Source: Azolla caroliniana (Eukaryota; Plantae; Polypodiophyta). Taken from it: a stretch of 64,000 bases of DNA. The DNA lies in the NCBI GenBank assembly GCA_043228905.1, contig JBHGNT010000010.1, positions 12,338,001 through 12,402,000 on the forward strand, read 5' to 3'. A program made the position numbers and the translations under genes. Positions 57,049 to 64,000 of this stretch are shown in pieces (positions within the stretch are counted from its first letter, which is position 1; each line of letters starts with the position of its first letter). The notes under the pieces were generated by a model. The model ran no database searches, was not told where the DNA came from, and was given only the letters and a program-made list of their open reading frames with translations.

Positions 57049-58499
57049 ACGGGAAGAGGCAAGTAAGCTGGAAGAAGTGAACAAGGGACTCCGCGAGCTG
57101 TTGGAAAAGAGGAAGGCATGGTACAATGAACAGCTCGAGAAAGAACGAGAGACAACGCATCAAGTCCAAATCCGCCAAAACAACGAGATGGGTCAGTTAA
57201 TAGATCGACACGTAAAGGAAACTGGGATTTGGACGGAAATGAAAAAGCATTATGAGGATGCGAGTACTGCGTACAAATAGGAGATTCTAAATTTGAAGAC
57301 CGCCCTACAGGAAGCGCAAAACCGCATCCAACCTGTCACGGAGAATATACGCATAGTACTGTAGACTAACAGGGAGAAATTCTCGGTGCAGTTAAAAACC
57401 GCGATGGACAAAGCCTGGAATGGCATGGGCATCACAAGCGGCGGAATTACATACATATCACGCAGACTGGGAAAATCGGAAAAAGGAAGGTAGAGGTTTC
57501 TACAAGCTCAACGATGAGGGTGTGGCCGCAATACGCGAAGATTTGGCGTTGGACTATTGCGCGTTAGCTGAGTAGCACTCCGAAGAGCTCACACAGCTGT
57601 TAGATGACTTTGAAGAAAGTCAAGAGGAGCTATTGGATCGCCTAATGACAATCTGAAACGAACAATAGGACACAGAGTCTATGGCAGAACCAGAGCCCGC
57701 GGAGCAAGTAGAACCCCTTGCCGAGCTCCAGGAAATGACAACAACGCGTGATTTCGCTGAAGAGGAACCAGTCATGGAAGAACCTCAGCCACCCCTAAGT
57801 ACGCAGACCGCAACACAACCTACGACGAAAACCAACGAACCTGCTGAGCCGGATCAAACCACGCAAACGGCAGTCAACACCGCGGAACCGACTACGGCGG
57901 ATACACAAGGACAAGACAATACGTTGGTTCCGGAACTGAACTTACACACAGAGCCAAGCATTCTCAACATTTTGGAGGTCGAATAGCAGGGGTGGGTCCG
58001 ACGTACCAAGGCATTGTCCCTTAGGCGTGCCAGGTGTTGTCTGCCGGAATAGTAACCGATGGACACATGACGTGTAATACTGCGAGTAATATAAAACGAT
58101 ATGTAGAGCGTTACACAAGGAAATGTAACGGCACACGAGAAGCCTGACCGAACGAACTCTATGTATATAAAGAATAGAAACCCTCTGTAAGAGGTGTGTG
58201 TAATTTTTGTGAGCGTAAGGCTTTTGTTGGAATAGAATATTAATACTATCTTCTCTGATCTCTATGTTTGTCTAAATTACGTTCTCTGTTGTCTGCTCCC
58301 ATAATCGTAAGTAGGGTAGCAAGCGTAAGATACGCACGCAATCTATGCATTAAGGAGTTGGTTGTAGCCATCTTCTTCTACGCTTATAGGATACGCTGTG
58401 GTATCCGATTACGATCTACGCTTACTCTTCCTCGCAACAGAATCACCTTGGGGTCTATCTCGAAGGACTGAGTGTAGACAGTGTTCCTAATTGGTAACA
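57049..58499 (+). mobile_element. Gypsy family C 3' end: decayed ORF-X homolog, inverted PBS-like site (58017-58032), 3' LTR 58035-58499
   Basis: FYKLNDEGVAAIREDL versus A FYKMDEESIVAIGEEL. C-terminus EPSILNILEVE* versus EQSVLDILEED*. LTR end GTGTTCCTAATTGGTAACA matches C1. Confidence 0.8.
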
Positions 58500-59620
58500 A
58501 AGAGATAAATGAAGAAAGTGAGGATGCTTGGATCTCAGAGATGGCAATCTTTCTTACAACTGGGATACCACCCGAACATCTATCGGCAAACAAAAGGAAA
58601 AGGTTAGCTGTGCAGAGTCGAAATTTTTGTCTTTTGAACGACACTTTGTATCATAAAGGAGCAGATGGTATTTGGAGAAGAGCAGTATGACAATTCGAAA
58701 AATCGGTCATCCTTCAGGAATCACACTATGGAATTGCAGGAGGGCACTATGCTGGAGAAACCACATCCAGAAAAATATGGAACAATCGGTTATGGTGGCC
58801 GACAATGATGAAGGATGTAGTCGAATATTGTGGGAAATGTGATTTATGCCAACGAATGGGACAACTGACAGAAAGGGACAGGATGTCATTCCAACCAGTG
58901 TTACCTCTTGAACCTTTCCAAAAATGGGGTTTAGATTTTGTAGGCCCATTCAAACCGGCAACAGCCAGAATAGGTAGTCGGTATATTATAGTTGCCACCG
59001 ACTACTGCACGAAATGGGTAGAAGTTAAAACTCTTAAGGATAATACGACAGCTTCAACAGCAAAATTCTTGTACGAAAGTATATGGTGTAGATTCGGCTG
59101 CCCAATAGAGTTGGTGAACGACCAAGGTACACATTTTATTAATAAGCTTGTTCATGAATTGTCGACATACTATGTAGTGGTTCATAAGAAAAGCACTCCT
59201 TACTATCCACAAGCAAATGGATTGGCGGAGTTGACAAACAAAACCATCCAAACGATACTCAAAAAGATAGTAAACAATAATCGTACGGACTAGGATCAAA
59301 AGTTGCATAGTGCTTTATGGGCATACCGAACGTCGTACAAAACAGTTATCAAATCAACACCTTTTCGAATGGGTTTCGGATTAGAAGCAGTTATGCCGAT
59401 CGAATTTCAAATTCCGACACTCCGGATACTAGCAAGTTCAAAAAGAAGCTTTATTGTTGTTAGAGGAAGATCGTATACATGCGATGTCAGCATTGGAGCA
59501 CAAACAGAGGCAGACAAAGGCATTTGTAAATCGACACCGAAGAAAGACCGAAACTCAATTCGGAATCGGAAAACCGGTATTTGTGTTCCAGACCAAGATG
59601 GGGGCTATGCCACATAAACT
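58500..59620 (+). pseudogene. Gypsy (C-like) integrase
   Basis: HYGIAGGH...CGKCDLCQ; KWGLDFVGP; TDYCTKWVE; YYPQANG. Stops present. Confidence 0.85.
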
Positions 59621-60216
59621 GCAGCCGAGTCTTTCTCTAGTGCCTTCGTAACAGAACATGTACGAGGACGTTTACAACCGACTGGTGTATCCGGATCAGA
59701 TGACATCCATTCGTCTTGTTCTCTGCTAAGTGCGGATGTAACCGGGCAATTATATTGTGTTGTTCGCTCGACAATTACTACTTTGTCGACACAATATAAG
59801 ACGAACGTTCGTTCCGAATGTTCTACCAAGAAGTTGTGGTTAGACGAATAGACATGGATTAGTTGTAAACTTATTGATGATATGACACTGAGATCGTTAC
59901 TTAGATAATATAGCTTAGACAAAAAGGAAATAAATAGCCAAGACGATTCGTACACAGAGACGTACACAGAGATTTCCTAACTAAACTTTTGATTACTAAA
60001 TAAACGATAGATTTTTACAGTGCCTTCGGTTCCTTTTATAGGTAACCCGAAGGTCTTTTCTCATCAAGAAATCCTACTGCTTATAATTATCAAGAATTAC
60101 AAAACTTCGTAACTAACTATATCCTATTCGGCTATCTGTTGAGTCATCGATCCGACCCCGACTCCGACTCCAAACTTCCTTCCGACTCCGACGCATCCAT
60201 ACTTGTCCAGGTAACA
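59620..60216 (-). repeat. Probable LTR fragment of another family
   Basis: Non-coding block ending in GGTAACA (reverse complement TGTTACC) between two integrase fragments. Confidence 0.4.
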
Positions 60217-60229
60217 ATTCCCATGACTA

Positions 60230-61238
60230 ATGAGGCGAATGGGAAGGTTGAAAGAGTGCATGGACTGATTGTGAAGGCAATCACACGAGCTTGCAATGGG
60301 TGGGTTGGGAATTGGTCGCGACTTCTGCCATACGCATTGTGAGTTGACCGAACTACGCATAGTTTGATAACAGGGTACATGCCAACTGAGCTCATGTTTG
60401 GACAAAAACCCATCATGTCCGTAGAAAGGACAATCACCTCATGGATAGTTTTCCACTGGATGGACAAGATGAGTCGGGAGGAGCTACTAACCGCACGGAT
60501 TCAACAACTCGAGAGATGACTGGAAGACGTGGAGTGAGCAAAAGAGAGGGTGAAGGAGACACGAATGAAAAACAAGGAACGGTTCAACTGGATGCACCGA
60601 CTCTTTCCAAGGAGGATCAAAGAGGGAGAATGGATTTTGGTCTATGACAACAACGTCGACAACCAACAGCAATCAGCGCAAAAGTTTGCAAGATGGTAGT
60701 TCGGGCCGTCTGTGGTGATGAGCGCCAACGGCAATGCCACATATCACCTTGCGGAGCTCAACCGGACAAAAATGGTTGTATCGGTTGCAAGGAAGTGTAT
60801 CAAGGTCTTCAAGAAGCGGTAGGAGATGGAATAAGAAGACGGATCAGAGGAAGACGATTAAGGATCAATCCAGAATTCCCAACTCCTTCACTAATTGGCA
60901 CATGCTAGAGGATGTGCGGTTTGGTGGGCGTGGATATCGTGGAGGATTCCGGCCACCAGGAGAAAACTTGCCGACCACGTAGGAACAAGGGTGTGCATGT
61001 ACGCACATGAAAAGAGGTGCATAGTGTTAGAGCGATGATCTAATGTAAGCATATAATAAGGATATAAGATATATGAAATAAGAAAGGAGAGAGAGAAAGA
61101 AGGGCGTCGATCCACCCGACCACCCCCAAGCGAAGGGATCGAGGCGGACTCGAGCCTCGATCGACGTCCCATACCATTGTCGTGGCGTCGAGTCGTACCT
61201 GGTGTTGGCCCGCTCGCTACAAGAGTTGACCCACCACA
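60230..61238 (+). mobile_element. Decayed gypsy family D 3' end (integrase C-half, G-rich tract 60918-60934, LTR from 60935)
   Basis: EANGKVERVHG...LLPYAL, homologous to 4361-4813. LTR end approximate. Confidence 0.72.
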
Positions 61239-61489
61239 AGAACAAATTTTGGACGTAGTCAAGAGATGATGAAATGAGGGTAGTTAGGCCTCATATTTAT
61301 AGCATCTGCTTCTAGATAGTTCAAGTCCTGGGAGGATGATTGCGAACCAGTAATGGGATATTTCCAGGGATCGATCATTTTATATGGGAAGTTGCTATAG
61401 GATTGGGTCATCAAGTCCTATAGGTTTCATGTTTCGCTCAGCCCGGTTGGGTGGTTTGAGGCCTCTAGTTGCGTAGGAAAGGCTCAGTC

Positions 61490-61490
<1 letters not shown>

Positions 61491-61516
<26 letters not shown>
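61491..61516. repeat. (TG)n microsatellite
   Basis: Visible TG run. Confidence 0.9.
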
Positions 61517-61522
<6 letters not shown>

Positions 61523-62248
61523 CACGTGTGTGGAACTCAAAGCTATATTTTCCAGCCCAAGGCCAACTCTATATGATTTCTCTGTATTTAATCATTTGTT
61601 TGGCATTCTTGTATCAGGGTGTTCTCTTTGTGATTCCTACTTGGGTCCCTCTGAGTTGTGTTAATAATCCTATCTTGTCTGCGACATCATAGTGGTGTCA
61701 TTCTTCTCTCCTTTATTTTGCACTTACCAACTTGTGTCCATAAGCCCGTATGCTCATGCTCCGGAATTTGGAGGCAATGTCTAATCGGATATAGTTCTAT
61801 GAGCTCGTGTGCTCGCTAGGTGGCCTCGGTAATCAGGCCGGATCATGTTATCCATGACATCACTTTAAATTTGAATTGACTTTGTAATATACAAAACATT
61901 TTTGGCCTAAGATGTCTTGAAACATGACATCGTTTTTCCATTGCCGAAGTGGAACCCAATTTCCTCTGGTGATAGGCAAGTAACCCACCCAATTAGACTA
62001 CAATGGATTAGCTAGAAGTAATTGAGTATTCTTAACAAATACAATATATCACTTATCTATTAAATGTGCAAGAACAGAAGGAGCCATGATATAGGCTATA
62101 GTTTTCGTACAAGTATTTTACTTGTGAGTTCAATACTCTTGGATAATTCAAATTATAGAACCCAATTATAATCCAATACATGTATGTTATGTCATTAGAC
62201 ATATTATAAGGTACCGTCAGGTTTTTTCGTATGATGTGGACATTATGT

Positions 62249-62321
62249 TTACATTGTCGGGACTTGAACCCGAATAGCTCGGGTGAGAGCCGAGTATCCT
62301 AACCATCTAGACTACAACGAA
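62249..62321 (-). tRNA. tRNA-Glu(CTC), degenerate (possible pseudogene)
   Basis: TTCGTTGTAGTCTAGATGGTTAGGATACTCGGCTCTCACCCGAGCTATTCGGGTTCAAGTCCCGACAATGTAA. Anticodon and T stems pair; the acceptor stem has a T-T mismatch. Confidence 0.8.
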
Positions 62322-62699
62322 ATCAATAAAGTTAAACGATTTTTCTCTAAAATAAAATAAAATATCAATTAATCATAAATTGCGGAAACACAAAAGGACA
62401 CATGATATCCTAGTCGTGGCTTTGTGGTTCTTGGTTTACTTAAGAAAAGCTTCAAGTACGTTTCCTTTCAAGTGAAATGTGAATCTATCCTCTTGAATGA
62501 ATTATCAAGAAATGTCGTTACTTGAATTAAACAATCTACCTCGTACCTTTAATATGACTAAAAATGAGGTTAATCGGCAATTATGTCATAATTTGAAGAA
62601 CTTTTCATTAAATTCAAAGAGTCATCGATTAAAATTGTGGTATCCCCTTCCTCAAGGTTACACCTTCAATTACTCTCCTCAACAATCGGGTCAAGGGAC

Positions 62700-63480
62700 C
62701 AGTACTGATATATTTGCAAGGATCGGTCATTTTAGAGGGGAAGTTGCTATAGGATTGGGTCCTCAAGTGCTATAGGTTTCTTGTTTTGCTCAGCCCGGTT
62801 GGGTGGTTTGAGGCCTCTGCTTGCGTAGGAAGCTCATGTGCTCCCGACCAAAGGCTCACTGATTTGCTGAGGGGATTTGTGACTGATCGGTCATGCGTTA
62901 TGTGTGGTTTTGTACGTGAGTCATTGCATCATGTATTTTTGGGAATGTGCTGTCACAAAAAATATTTGGTTTCGAATTCTTAGGCTACTAGGTCGTAAGT
63001 ATAGGTCGGGGATTTTCACGTGGGGTGCAGTTTTCTAGGGAAGGTTGGATCAACAAATGACTTTTTATCATCATCATTATTCTTCCTTGACATTACATGT
63101 GAGAAGTTTTCAGGTATACTCTACTTCATGCTCCTTGCATGGAATCAAGTTTTTCTCCCAGAGTTACGTCTGCCAGATTGTGTCCTCTTTGGCTTTATGG
63201 GTTCTTTGGAAAGCTAGGTGTTCCAAGTTATACAATGATGAAAACATTCACATTGTGGATCAAGTTAAGTCTTTTTGGGACTTATTGGTACATACAATTA
63301 AAGGTGATTATGATAGTTATAAGGGTTCTGGAAACAAAACTAATAAGAAAAGAATGAAAATTCGTAGAGTTTGGTGATTTATTCCTATTATGTTGGATGC
63401 AACCGCTGATGTCAAGTGGAATTACATACCACCTCCTTGGTTGTTCCCGCCACCGGCACCATCTTTATTACAAACAACAT
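62700..63480 (+). mobile_element. 5'-truncated LINE (L1/Tx1-like) ORF2 C-terminal remnant; partial second copy at about 61370-61490
   Basis: CVMCG...ESLHHVF...C zinc-knuckle and LWVLWKARC motifs with frameshifts. Shared GGGAAGTTGCTATAGGATTGGGTC...CAGCCCGGTTGGGTGGTTTGAGGCCT. Confidence 0.65.
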
Positions 63481-64000
63481 GACATAACATAGATGAGAGA
63501 TGTTGTTTTTGTCAGGATATGTGATGTTGTTGTGGGGGTTGAAGCAGATTGTCATAACGAGAGGAATTTTTTAGACTCATTTTTTTGTTGTTCGTACATG
63601 ATGTTGGTGGTAGTTGGCGACATGGCAAGTTGGTCGGCAAGATGTTGATGTGGGTGGAATGAAGAATATTTTAGTTTTCTTAGGGATTGCAACAAACATG
63701 ATCTAGTTGTCGTTTTTGTCACGTAGTTATTTGTCTTTATAGCATATTGCCATGATGAGAGGATGAGTGTTGATGGTGTGGGGGCTGAAGCAAATATATG
63801 AGGGGATGAGAATACATTCTATACTCATTTTGGTGTTATTTATACAGGAACTTGGTGGTAATCGGCGAGATGGTTGATGTGGACTTAAGTAGCAAATTAT
63901 TTTGAGGGATAAGGATGAGTGAATATGGCATGGGGGTTGACGCATATTATAATGAGTAGGTGAGAAAATTGTTTACACTAAAATTTTGTTGTCTATACAG

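Overview
Eukaryotic, gene-free, deeply nested transposon block. The retroelement types, PPR fragment and tRNA-Glu suggest a land plant, probably non-seed (inference). Contents: (i) Tnt1/Tork-like Ty1/copia copies: two young full-length elements (35335-41124, 43196-48543), one decayed full-length, truncated copies and a solo LTR. (ii) A second, decayed copia family on the minus strand. (iii) Several non-chromovirus (Athila/Tat-like) Ty3/gypsy families, labelled A, B, C and E here, plus a distinct gypsy family D. (iv) A hAT transposon with an apparently intact spliced transposase next to a PPR gene fragment. (v) LINE remnants and a degenerate tRNA-Glu(CTC). The main finding: families A, B and C lack a polypurine tract. 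Instead, 2-4 nt before the 3' LTR they carry a conserved tRNA-3'-end-like sequence ending in CCA (consensus TCCC(AC/TT)(G/A)GGCGTGCCA). This is a second, inverted primer-binding site, suggesting tRNA or tRNA-mimic priming of both DNA strands. Families A and C also carry an extra coiled-coil ORF before this site, and another LTR family carries tRNA-like Pol III A/B-box cassettes. Target-site duplications (TSDs) allow an LTR-mediated inversion and a tandem duplication to be reconstructed in the first 9 kb. Family labels are mine. Lineage and tRNA assignments come from recalled motifs and need database confirmation.
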